The notes under the pieces were generated by a model. It did not search any database. It was not told where the DNA came from and worked only from the letters and a program-made list of their open reading frames with translations. From assembly GCA_036262935.1 (NCBI GenBank), contig DATAHW010000058.1, forward strand, positions 6,024 to 70,023: DNA of 64,000 nucleotides, written 5' to 3'. Position 1 is the stretch's first letter, and the number at the start of each line of letters is the position of its first letter. Shown one piece after another: positions 16,444-25,464 of this stretch. A program made the translations under genes and the position numbers. This DNA is from Gemmatimonadales bacterium (lineage in GTDB: Bacteria; Gemmatimonadota; Gemmatimonadetes; Gemmatimonadales; GWC2-71-9).

Positions 16444-19400
16444 ACCGATAGTCCCCCGCGAACAGCGAGAGCTGAAATGACGCGATCACCGAGATCTGCG
16501 AGGTTCGCCGGCTCAGATGGCGCGAGTCGGTCACCGAGTAGTCGAGCTGCAGGCCGCCGCTCAGGGTCTGCAGCAGGTCGGTGTCCACACCGGCGCGGAC
16601 CTCCTGGCGGCGGACGTCGGAGATCACCTCGCACTCGGGCTCGGTGCCCTGGCTCAGGCAGGTCTTGGCTGCCGTCTGCAGATAGGACAGCGAGCTTCGC
16701 AGCGGCTTCCGCGCCCGGCTGATCGAACGCGGCAGCCGGAAGGCGTAGTTGAGCGCGCCGGTCACGTCGTTCTGGTCGAGCAGCGTCTCGTTCCCGTTCG
16801 ACAGGTTCGACTGGTTGGTCCGGTTGAGCCCCAGGGTCATGCTGATCCCGTTGCGCAGTCCGATCTGCAGGTCGGGCACGAAGGAGGAGGACGAGATCGA
16901 CGTCAAGGCCGGCGGGCCGGTCCGGCTGGCCTGCACGGAGCTGCCCTCGCGCCGGCGGAAGGTCGTGCCGAGGGCCAGGATGGAGAACGGGCCCTTGGGG
17001 AAGGTGTGGCTCCAGCGGACGTTCCCGACGGGGAACTCGCGCTGCTTGGTTTCCGTCTCCACGAACCCTTCCCCCACGCGCTGGAGGCGCGTGGTCCGGG
17101 TGAGCGCGTGGGACAGCGTGAAGGTGATGCCGAACGGCAGATCGGCGCCACTCGAGACCGTGGCGGTCCGGGCCTCGGAGACTCCGCGGGCGGGAGCGCC
17201 CTCCTGGCTGAGGAATCCCCCCTCGAGCCCGCCGAGCGCGAGCTGGTACTTGATGGCGGGGTCAAACGCGCTGAGATCGAACGTCGAGCCCCTGGTGATC
17301 CGGGTGCTCGCGTCGAGCGGGCGGATGCGGGCCACCGCCTTGCCCACGGTGCTGCTGTCACCCACGATCTGCCGCAGAAAGCCGGAGACATCGAACGCGG
17401 CGCCGAGCTCGTTGGTGCGCGAATTATTGAGCGTCTGCGGCAGCACGAACGCGCCGCTGTCCTCCTCCACGCGCACCGGGTCCCGACTCGACAGCATGCG
17501 CGACAGCACGAAGTTGCTGCTGCTGAGGAACCGCGGCCGGAGCCATGCCGTGAGCGCCGGCGTGAGCGAGAGCGCGGTGGTCAGCGACCGATCGCGCTCG
17601 ACACCCACCGGGATACCGGCCAGGAAGCGCCGCTCGCTGTACGCCAGCCGGCCGATCGGAAGCGAGTCGGGATAGACCCGGAGGTCGCGGGTGCTGGTCA
17701 GGTCACTGCTCAGCGAGAGCATGCCGAGCGGCTGCCAGGTCAGGCCGGCCGCGTTCCGCCACAGGTGATTGAGCGCGAGCGTGGGCTGGAGCGCCTGGTC
17801 GTCGCTCCGCGCCACCGGGAAGCGGAACGCCGTGGCCTCCGCCTGATCGCGGGTGAGCCCGCTGGTGAACGAGATCCGGGTCGGCGCGAGGCTCAGGGTC
17901 GCGTGCGTCAGGCTCTTGCCGATCTCGCTCTCCCGCAGGAAGTCCGGCAGGATGCCGACCAGGCCGCCGAGCGGCAGGCGGAAGCCGTGGCGCCGCATCT
18001 GGAGCAGGTAGGTGAGGTTGACCGTGTAGTTGCTCGAGCTCGCCTCGGACAGCTCGGTGGCGGCATGGCCGTTGGTCACGCTCGCGGACATCGAGAGTGG
18101 ATCGAGCAGCCCGCGCGCCAACCAGCTCTTCCCCGCCCGGCTCCTCCGGATGGCCAGGCTGAAGCTGGTGCTGCTGTTCTCCGGCGTGCGGAGGCCGGAC
18201 AGCGCGTCGCCCCGGATATCGGTGCCCGTGAGGAGCTCGGGGCTGATGCCGGTGCGCGCGTAGTTGATGGTGAACGGAATCGCGAGCCCGAGCGCGGCGG
18301 GCAGGAACTTCTCGAGCCGCAGGCTGCTCGAGAGCTGCAGCGCATCCTTGCCGAGGTACGTCGGGTCCTGATTGATCTGACGGAACTGCCCGTTCTGCCG
18401 GATATAGGACATCGTGACAGTGCCGACAGTGGACGCCGTGAGCCGGGCGTCCACCGAGGCCGCCGTGCCGGTGGCGGACACCGGCTCGCTCAACCGGATA
18501 TCGTCCACCCAGAGCTCGACCGACGGGGTCGTGACCGTTTCCGCAACCCGGTAGATGCCGGCGGAGATCTCCTGCACCGCGGCGAGGTTCGGCGGGTTGA
18601 CGCCGGGGTCGCGGACGTGGACCAGGTACGGCCCCTCGCACGCCACGTATGCCTCTGGCTCCTCCGTACCGCACTCCGCGGCCCCCGAAGGACCTTGGCC
18701 GCTGAGCCAGCGGTTCTCCACTTCGGCCCGGAGGCGTCGCCAGGTCTCGAGATCGATCGTGAACTCGGGCTCCCAGGTGGTGGACTTCGCCGGCCCGCGA
18801 TAGAGATAGAAGTTGTCGTTGTCGCTGCCGACCTTGAGGTACGCCTGCAGATCGCCCTCTTCCCAGCCGGGCCCATGGCCCCGCATCCAGACACGGAGCG
18901 TGCGGTAGTTGAGGAGGTTCTGCGGCCCCGAGGGCACGCGCAGGTATGCCTCCGCGCGTTCCCCCTGGTGCAGGTCCTGCCCGATGACGCGGAGCGACCG
19001 CTCGTTGATCTGGGTGCCCTGCGCGTTCCGGTCGCCGCCCCGGTGGGCGACGTCGTCGAACACGCCCGGCGGCGATGTATAGCCCAGGTCGATCAGATTC
19101 TCGGTGGAAACCGTCGACGTACTGACGCTGCCGTGCGGCTGGCCGAGGGCGCCGGTGAGCCCCGCGATCGGCGTCTCCGACCGGCGCACCCAGGGGGAGC
19201 CCACGAAGCGGAGTCGCGCCAGGGCCAGCCGGGCCACGATGTCGGGATGGTCCGGGCCGCCGTCCGGCGGCGTGGCGAGGGTGATGCGGAGATGCTGGGC
19301 CAGCCGGAGCGTCGGCGTGTTGATCGTGTCGTTCGCCTGGCGGAGCGGGATCCGGTACAGCTTCCAGGTTGCCCGGCGGCCCTGACCGTCGATGGTGCTC

Positions 19401-22400
19401 ACGCCGTCCCGCACGTAGAAGCTGTCCGCCGCCAGATCCACGATGTAGCGGAAGACGTTCTCGTTGGGGCCGTCGCCGTCGAGGACGGTATCGCCGTTCA
19501 GGTCTTCGGTATCGAGCACGCCGTTGCCGTTGGAGCAGCGGGCGCTCAGGTCGCCCCAGGGGAAGACCGGCACGGCCGCGGTGAGCACCCGGCTGCAGAG
19601 CGGCAGCTCCGCCACAGGCCCCTCACCGGTGACGTAGATGGAGGATGGCCGGTCGCCGAGGATACCGATGTCGTCCGTCTCGGTGTTGAAGATGCCGATC
19701 CCGCTGCGCTCGCTGTCGAGCCGGCCCAGTCCTACGTACTGCCGCCCGGTGAACACCGTGTCGGCGCCGTTCGGGGTCAGCGTGTCCGGCGCGATGGCGA
19801 GCGCGTCCTCGCTGACCGTGCCGAGATCGACGACCAGCCGGAGTCCGGCGGAGTCGGCGGGGAGCTCGGCCGGCTGGAACAGCCAGAACTCGAGGAACTC
19901 GTCCTTGGTGAGATCGAGCCCGGTGGGGCTGAGCGAGGTGACCATGGACCGCCAGCGCGGCCGGAAATCCCGCCGCGGCAGGGTCCAGCGGGAGGCGCTG
20001 TTGCGCTGCACGATCCCGCCCGCGGTATCGGCGTGGAGCGTCAGGTACATCACGGTCTCGGGCTCGTCCCCTCGGCCGGCCACGCGGATCAGGGTGTCGA
20101 TGTCCTGCGCGTGGAGCTCGATCGGCCGGCCGGCTTCGGCGGAGGGGATGAGGTTCTGCCAGGTGAGCGCGACGGCGTCGTCGGGATCGAAGCCACCGGC
20201 GAACCCGATATCTTCCAGACCGGTGGCCTGCTGCGGTCGGCTCCCGAACTCCCAGAGCGACTCACGCAGCGAGATCGGGAGCCCCGATTCACCCTCGAAC
20301 TCCTCGAGGTAGGCCTGACCCGAGCGGTTGGGGTCGGGCTTGGTGAACGCGAGCTCCGCGTTCACGTCCAGCAGTGAGGGCGCGGTGGTGGGCTCCGAGG
20401 TGAGCCGGTTGAGCGCCCGGGTCATCCACGTGGGCTTGAAGTGCAGCTCCGTGTTCACCCCGCCGATCAGGTTCGCGGCGGCCTCGAAGCCCAGCGCGGG
20501 CCGGGTGAAAGCGCTCGATTCGCGCTGATACAGGCCGAGCAGGTTGATCGCGCCGCGGTCGCCGAGGGAGTATCGGGTCGACATCCCGAAGATCGTGGTC
20601 GGCGCCACCGCGAAGAGTCCCCGCTCCTCGAACCGCGCGGTCACCTGCGCCGACCCCGTGCCGAACAGGTCGTCCGGGTTGAGGAAGGTCACCTGACCCA
20701 CGTCGTAATTGATGTCGTAGTCCACGTGGCGCACCAGCTTCCGGCCGCCGATGAAGAGCTGCTCGCTGTCTTCGCGCAGCTGCAGGGCATTGAGGCTGAG
20801 CGTGCTGCGGTCGCCGCCGCCGGTGGCCTGGTACTGCAGCCGCAAGGCGTACTTGGTCGGCGGCCCCTGGCTCGTGAGCAGGAACAGCGGGGTGCGATAG
20901 AGCGAGTCGGAAGTCTCCGCCGGCGAGAGCCGCGCCGGGTCCGCGAACGGCTGCAGGTGCGGGAAGATGATGTAGGAATCGCGGACGACCTGCGCGGCGT
21001 CGGGATCCTGCTGCCGGGGAAAGAGCCGGTTCGGCTGGTCGAACACCGCCGGGTCGCTCGGCGTGGCGAGCCCGAGCTGCTGCAGGTAGGTCTGGGCATC
21101 GCCGCTGATCGGCCGCTCGGAGCGGTTGAGCGTGATGCCGACCTGGAGCGAGGACGCCTGCAGGTCGGCGCCGGCGACGCGGTAGACCTGGCGCATCTCG
21201 TAGCGGAACGTCGGCAGCTCGGGCCCCTGCTGCGGCTTGACGATCAGCTCGATCGTGTCTCTCGCCTGCTGCACGCCGCCGACATCGACCGTGCCGCGAT
21301 CGCTTTCGGGAAAGGTGCCCACCGAGTTCCCCGCGACCGTGCGGTAGCTGACGGCGAGGTAGTCCTCCTGGTCAAGCTTGGTGGCCAGCACGATCCAGAG
21401 CCCCGATTCATCGAGGTAATAGTCGGTCCCCTGGATCAGCAGCTCCCAGCGTGCGGGGCCGAATTGCAGCGGGTTGTCGCTCCGACGCGCCAGTGCGGTG
21501 ATGCCGCCGATGTTGGGATTGACCTCGCTCTTGCTGCTGGCGGCGCGATAGCGATACACCCGCACCTGCGACGGCCGGTAGGTCGGCGAGATGGCGGCCG
21601 TTCCCAGATTGAGGATGTCGAGCGCCGGGTAGCCCGGGATGCTGTCCGGGTCGGCGATCCAGAAGAACCGACCGGTCTCGAAATCGAGATCGCGCACCTG
21701 CCGGTCCTGCGCCTGGGTCGTGGTCTGCCCGACGGTATAGGTCCGCTCGGCGACCTGACTACCCTTCTGCGTGGCCGCGAGCGCCTGAAGCTGGACGGGG
21801 CCGACCTGGAAGGTCGCGTTGACGCCGAAGTTGCTGGCAGGCACCGCGGCGGAAATGAAGCGTGAGGGCGGTGGCTGGAACACGACCGTGCCCACGTCCA
21901 CCCGGCGGACGATCTCGTCCTCGAGGCCCTCGTAATAGATCTGCAGGTTGTTGTTGGCGGAGAAGTCGCGCTCGGTGTCCAGGTCCACGTTGACGTGGAT
22001 GCGGCGGCCGAGGAGCCCGCTGGTGCGCAGGTTGAGCTGATTGTCGAGGCTGGGCGCCTTGAAGCCCCCCCGGCACCCCGAGTTGGGATCGAGCGAGAGC
22101 GCCGGCGTACACCGCTCCTCCCGCACCCGGCTGCTGCGGATCTCGAGCCGGGCCTGGCCGTCCACCGTCAGGTCGGCGTAGTCCGTCGGCAGGCCCAGGA
22201 TGTTGTTCCGGTGCGGGCGCTCGGCCTCGACTTCGGCCGAGTCGGTGACAGCCACGACCGGTTCGCCGTAGAGGCTCCGGAGCCGGAGCCCGCGGGCCCG
22301 GTCCGTGCGGTCGGCCGCCAGAGCTTTCGCGAGCGTGCTGTCGAACGCTGCGCGCCGGGCGGCCGGCACGAGCCGGGGGGCGCCCAACCAGGGCGCCCGG

Positions 22401-22537
22401 AGCGCGGCTGGCTGCTGGAGTTCGAAGGGGGCCTGCTCGAAGCGGAGCCGCAGGCCGAAGCCGGTGGTGTCCGCCTGGGCGCACAGCACCCGGGGCAGCC
22501 AGAGAAGGCAGCCCAGGGCGACCAGGAAGCGTGTCAC
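16442..22537 (-). CDS. sprA: SprA-like giant outer-membrane protein (candidate T9SS translocon), 2031 aa
   Basis: Sec signal peptide MTRFLVALGCLLWLPRVLCA/QAD. It is about 2000 aa with beta-strand-like alternating patterns throughout and a beta-barrel-like C-terminus (IASFQLSLFAGDYR). Size and context (PorV-like gene, CTD cargo, GldG) fit SprA/Sov. The assignment is from recognition, not a search. Confidence 0.55.
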   Translation of the reverse strand: MTRFLVALGCLLWLPRVLCAQADTTGFGLRLRFEQAPFELQQPAALRAPWLGAPRLVPAARRAAFDSTLAKALAADRTDRARGLRLRSLYGEPVVAVTDSAEVEAERPHRNNILGLPTDYADLTVDGQARLEIRSSRVREERCTPALSLDPNSGCRGGFKAPSLDNQLNLRTSGLLGRRIHVNVDLDTERDFSANNNLQIYYEGLEDEIVRRVDVGTVVFQPPPSRFISAAVPASNFGVNATFQVGPVQLQALAATQKGSQVAERTYTVGQTTTQAQDRQVRDLDFETGRFFWIADPDSIPGYPALDILNLGTAAISPTYRPSQVRVYRYRAASSKSEVNPNIGGITALARRSDNPLQFGPARWELLIQGTDYYLDESGLWIVLATKLDQEDYLAVSYRTVAGNSVGTFPESDRGTVDVGGVQQARDTIELIVKPQQGPELPTFRYEMRQVYRVAGADLQASSLQVGITLNRSERPISGDAQTYLQQLGLATPSDPAVFDQPNRLFPRQQDPDAAQVVRDSYIIFPHLQPFADPARLSPAETSDSLYRTPLFLLTSQGPPTKYALRLQYQATGGGDRSTLSLNALQLREDSEQLFIGGRKLVRHVDYDINYDVGQVTFLNPDDLFGTGSAQVTARFEERGLFAVAPTTIFGMSTRYSLGDRGAINLLGLYQRESSAFTRPALGFEAAANLIGGVNTELHFKPTWMTRALNRLTSEPTTAPSLLDVNAELAFTKPDPNRSGQAYLEEFEGESGLPISLRESLWEFGSRPQQATGLEDIGFAGGFDPDDAVALTWQNLIPSAEAGRPIELHAQDIDTLIRVAGRGDEPETVMYLTLHADTAGGIVQRNSASRWTLPRRDFRPRWRSMVTSLSPTGLDLTKDEFLEFWLFQPAELPADSAGLRLVVDLGTVSEDALAIAPDTLTPNGADTVFTGRQYVGLGRLDSERSGIGIFNTETDDIGILGDRPSSIYVTGEGPVAELPLCSRVLTAAVPVFPWGDLSARCSNGNGVLDTEDLNGDTVLDGDGPNENVFRYIVDLAADSFYVRDGVSTIDGQGRRATWKLYRIPLRQANDTINTPTLRLAQHLRITLATPPDGGPDHPDIVARLALARLRFVGSPWVRRSETPIAGLTGALGQPHGSVSTSTVSTENLIDLGYTSPPGVFDDVAHRGGDRNAQGTQINERSLRVIGQDLHQGERAEAYLRVPSGPQNLLNYRTLRVWMRGHGPGWEEGDLQAYLKVGSDNDNFYLYRGPAKSTTWEPEFTIDLETWRRLRAEVENRWLSGQGPSGAAECGTEEPEAYVACEGPYLVHVRDPGVNPPNLAAVQEISAGIYRVAETVTTPSVELWVDDIRLSEPVSATGTAASVDARLTASTVGTVTMSYIRQNGQFRQINQDPTYLGKDALQLSSSLRLEKFLPAALGLAIPFTINYARTGISPELLTGTDIRGDALSGLRTPENSSTSFSLAIRRSRAGKSWLARGLLDPLSMSASVTNGHAATELSEASSSNYTVNLTYLLQMRRHGFRLPLGGLVGILPDFLRESEIGKSLTHATLSLAPTRISFTSGLTRDQAEATAFRFPVARSDDQALQPTLALNHLWRNAAGLTWQPLGMLSLSSDLTSTRDLRVYPDSLPIGRLAYSERRFLAGIPVGVERDRSLTTALSLTPALTAWLRPRFLSSSNFVLSRMLSSRDPVRVEEDSGAFVLPQTLNNSRTNELGAAFDVSGFLRQIVGDSSTVGKAVARIRPLDASTRITRGSTFDLSAFDPAIKYQLALGGLEGGFLSQEGAPARGVSEARTATVSSGADLPFGITFTLSHALTRTTRLQRVGEGFVETETKQREFPVGNVRWSHTFPKGPFSILALGTTFRRREGSSVQASRTGPPALTSISSSSFVPDLQIGLRNGISMTLGLNRTNQSNLSNGNETLLDQNDVTGALNYAFRLPRSISRARKPLRSSLSYLQTAAKTCLSQGTEPECEVISDVRRQEVRAGVDTDLLQTLSGGLQLDYSVTDSRHLSRRTSQISVIASFQLSLFAGDYR

Positions 22538-22558
22538 TCTAGAGGGTCACGGCGTAGC

Positions 22559-22588
22559 TTGAGGATGAGAGATCGGGCCAATATAATG
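22559..22588 (+). promoter_or_regulatory. Sigma-70-like promoter TTGAGG-18 nt-TATAAT in the sprA/lptF divergent region
   Basis: This 89-bp intergenic region has low GC. TATAAT sits at 22583-22588, 38 nt upstream of the TTG start of lptF. Confidence 0.35.
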
Positions 22589-22626
22589 CGTGGAACAAAC
22601 CCTTACAACCATATGAGTTAGCTGTC

Positions 22627-24159
22627 TTGCGCCTGCTCAGTCGGTACCTCCTTCGCCAGCTCGCCGCGCCGTTCCTGTTCGCCCTCGGCGCGCTGACGAG
22701 CCTCATGCTGCTGAGCCAGGTGGCGAAGAAGTTCGGCGCGCTGGTGGGCAAGGGTCTGCCCTGGGGCGTCATCGCCGAGGTGTTCGCGCTGAGCGTGCCC
22801 TTCATCGTGGCCATGACGCTGCCGATGGCCGTGCTGCTGGCGGTTCTCTACGCCTTCAGCCACCTGGCGGCGGACAACGAGATCACCGCGATGCGGGCCA
22901 GCGGGATCAGCGTCTATCAGATCCTCGCGCCGGTCCTGGCGTGGGGCGTCTTCATGGCGGCGTTCAATTTCGTCTTCGTGGACCAGGTACTCCCCCAGAC
23001 CAATGCCCAGCTCCGGGGGCTGCTGATCGACATCGGCCGGAAGAAGCCGACCTTCGAGCTGCGCGAGCAGGTGATCAACGAAGTGCCCCCCTCGCAGTAC
23101 TTCCTCCGGGCCGGCCGCATCGACGCCGCCACGGGCCGGCTCAAGGACATCACCATCTATGACCTGGGCGGCGAGTCGAGCCGGCGGATCATCTACGCCG
23201 ACAGCGGCCTGATGGCGTACGCCGAGGGGCAGACCGACCTGAGTCTCCGGCTGTACGACGGGGCGATCCACCAGTACCGCCCCTCGGACCCGACCGCGTT
23301 CCAGCTCACCTACTACAAGGTGGACGACATCCGGGTGAAGAACGTGTTCGACGAGCTGGTGCGCAACAGCACGGAGACGGTGCGCGGCGATCGCGAGATG
23401 AGCACGTGCGAGATGCTCTCCGTCATTCACGAGGCCGACAGCGACGAGCGCCAGGCCGCCCAGGAGCGGGCCGAGTTGCTCCGCGGCGACCTTCGGGCGC
23501 TGCTGGCCCTTCCCCCGCTCGGCCCGCCGCCCGCGGCCAGGGCGGAGGAGAAGCTGCCGGGCTATTGCGGCTGGGTCAACCGGCTGCAGGAAATCCTTAC
23601 ACCGAGGACGGCGGAAGCCCAGACACCCGCACAGCGGCCTGCCCCACCCCGGCTCGGTCTCCCGAAGGTCCCGGGGCAGGTGCCGGCGCGAGGGGCGGCC
23701 GAGCGCCGAATCCAGCTCTCCAACTGGTCGCAGGTGGTCACCGCCACCGACCGGGCCAAGGACGCCCAGCGCCAGGCCGACCGCTACTGGGTCGAGGTGC
23801 ACAAGAAGTGGGCGATCAGCATGGCCTGCATCTCGTTCGTGATCATCGGCGTCGTGATGGCGCTCCGGTTCCCGCGGGGCGGGATCGGGCTGGTGATCGG
23901 TGGCGGCCTGCTGGTCTTCTCGATCCATTACGTGGGGCTCACCGCGGGCGAGAGTCTGGCCGACCGGGGGCTGGTCGCGCCCTGGGCGGCCATGTGGAGC
24001 CCGAACATCGTGCTGACGGTGATCGGGCTGATCGGCCTGGTGCGAGTGAGCCGGGAGTCCGGGTCCACCCGGGGCGGCGACTTCCAGGAGATTTTCGACG
24101 CCGTGCGCCACCTGTTCCGGCGGCTGCTCCGTCTCAAGGCGCCCGGGGAGGCCGGGTGA
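22627..24159 (+). CDS. lptF: LptF/LptG family LPS export permease (LptF-like, with an enlarged periplasmic region)
   Basis: The YjgP/YjgQ N-terminus LSRYLLRQLAAPFLFALGALTSLMLL is followed by 3+3 TM helices. At 510 aa it includes a Pro-rich insert. Confidence 0.7.
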   Translation: MRLLSRYLLRQLAAPFLFALGALTSLMLLSQVAKKFGALVGKGLPWGVIAEVFALSVPFIVAMTLPMAVLLAVLYAFSHLAADNEITAMRASGISVYQILAPVLAWGVFMAAFNFVFVDQVLPQTNAQLRGLLIDIGRKKPTFELREQVINEVPPSQYFLRAGRIDAATGRLKDITIYDLGGESSRRIIYADSGLMAYAEGQTDLSLRLYDGAIHQYRPSDPTAFQLTYYKVDDIRVKNVFDELVRNSTETVRGDREMSTCEMLSVIHEADSDERQAAQERAELLRGDLRALLALPPLGPPPAARAEEKLPGYCGWVNRLQEILTPRTAEAQTPAQRPAPPRLGLPKVPGQVPARGAAERRIQLSNWSQVVTATDRAKDAQRQADRYWVEVHKKWAISMACISFVIIGVVMALRFPRGGIGLVIGGGLLVFSIHYVGLTAGESLADRGLVAPWAAMWSPNIVLTVIGLIGLVRVSRESGSTRGGDFQEIFDAVRHLFRRLLRLKAPGEAG

Positions 24160-25241
24160 CCGCCGTCCGCACACTCGACCGCTACGTCTTCGGAAGCTGG
24201 GTCCGCATCTTCGTGCTGACCGCGCTTGGTTTCCCACTGGTGTCGATCCTGATCAACCTGACCGATACGCTCAACCGGCTGCTCGACCGGGGCCTCACAC
24301 CCCGGGAGATCGTGGTCAGCTACATCTACTCGATTCCCGAGAACGCGTTCATCGTGATGCCGGCGGCGGTGCTGTTCGCCACGGTGTTCACGGTTGGCGC
24401 CATGGGGCGCTACTCGGAGCTCACGGCGGCCAAGGCCAGCGGGATGAGCTTCCACCGGGTGGTGCTGCCGATTTTCGTCGCGTCGGCGCTCGCGACCGTG
24501 CTGGCGTTCGTCGTGGGCGAGGTGGCGCCGGGCGCGACGGCCCGGCAGCTGGAGATCCAGAAGACCAAGCAGGCACGGCCCACCAGCTCGCGGTACAACT
24601 TCGTCTACCGGGCCGACGCCGGCTGGGTCTACACCGTCCGGTCGCTCGACGTGAACACGCGCCAGCTCAAGCAGCTCCTGCTCGAGCGCCAGGGCGGCGG
24701 GGACAAGTACCCCAGCCTCATCATCACGGCGGACAGCGCCAGCTACGACGATGCCCACGGAACCTGGCAGGTGAAGCACGGCATCAGCCGGGTCATCGCC
24801 GGACCCACCCACCAGGCCGCCTTCGAGTTCCGGACGCTCCGCCTTCGCGCGCTCTCTCAATCGCCTGCCGACCTGCTGGCCGAGCCCAAGGCGCCGGACG
24901 AAATGCGCTACGCCGAGCTGGGCCGCTACATCGACGCGCTCAAACGCTCGGGGAACGATGCCAACAAGCTGATCGTGGAGCAGGCGCTGAAGCTGGCGCT
25001 GCCCGCCACCTGCCTCATCATCGCACTGTTCGGCGCGCCGCTCGCGGTCCAGAACCCGCGCGCCGGCGCCGCCATCGGCGTGGCGATCAGCCTCGGCACG
25101 ACGGTCGTGTTTCTGCTGGTCACCCAGATCATGAAGGCGGTCGGCTCGGGCGGCCTGGTCGACCCCACCCTGGCGGCATGGCTGCCGAACATGGTGTTTC
25201 TGGCGGCGGGGGTGGTGCTGATGGCGAGGGTGAGAACGTAG
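24156..25241 (+). CDS. lptG: LptF/LptG family LPS export permease (LptG-like)
   Basis: GTG at 24156 overlaps the lptF stop (GTGA). The N-terminus is LDRYVFGSWVRIFVLTALGFPLVSILINL. It is 362 aa with the 3+3 TM layout. Confidence 0.7.
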   Translation: MTAVRTLDRYVFGSWVRIFVLTALGFPLVSILINLTDTLNRLLDRGLTPREIVVSYIYSIPENAFIVMPAAVLFATVFTVGAMGRYSELTAAKASGMSFHRVVLPIFVASALATVLAFVVGEVAPGATARQLEIQKTKQARPTSSRYNFVYRADAGWVYTVRSLDVNTRQLKQLLLERQGGGDKYPSLIITADSASYDDAHGTWQVKHGISRVIAGPTHQAAFEFRTLRLRALSQSPADLLAEPKAPDEMRYAELGRYIDALKRSGNDANKLIVEQALKLALPATCLIIALFGAPLAVQNPRAGAAIGVAISLGTTVVFLLVTQIMKAVGSGGLVDPTLAAWLPNMVFLAAGVVLMARVRT

Positions 25242-25443
25242 CGGGCGGGCGGGCAGGCGGGCGGGGAGTAACGACGGGAAACACCGTCACTGTCATCCCG
25301 AGCGAAGCGAGGGATCTCGGCGGGCCGAGTTCGAGCAGTGGCTGAGTAGATCCCTCGCTGCGCTCGGGATGACCGCCTGCCCCCCTGCCCGCCTGCCCGC
25401 CTGACCGGCTGCCCGCCCGACCGCCCGTCCGCCCGCCCGCCCT
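25241..25443. repeat. Family A nested palindromic repeat, copy A2 (core 25288-25373) with (GGGC)-type and (GCCTGCCC)n flanks
   Basis: Core arms are CACTGTCATCCCGAGCGAAGCGAGGGATC and GATCCCTCGCTGCGCTCGGGATGAC. The flanks are reverse-complementary 8-nt periodic G-rich and C-rich tracts. Confidence 0.85.
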
Positions 25444-25464
25444 CGCCGCGCTATATTTCCCCCC

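Noticed and set aside
14554-16634. N-terminal extensions of comEA (to 15546), the M28 lipoprotein (to 16634) and the ABC exporter (32417).
   Set aside because: The extensions are translations of family A/B repeats (HPERSEGPSL.., TEGRKDGRTE.., PLCLCGE..). Internal ATG starts give proper signal, lipobox or TM N-termini.
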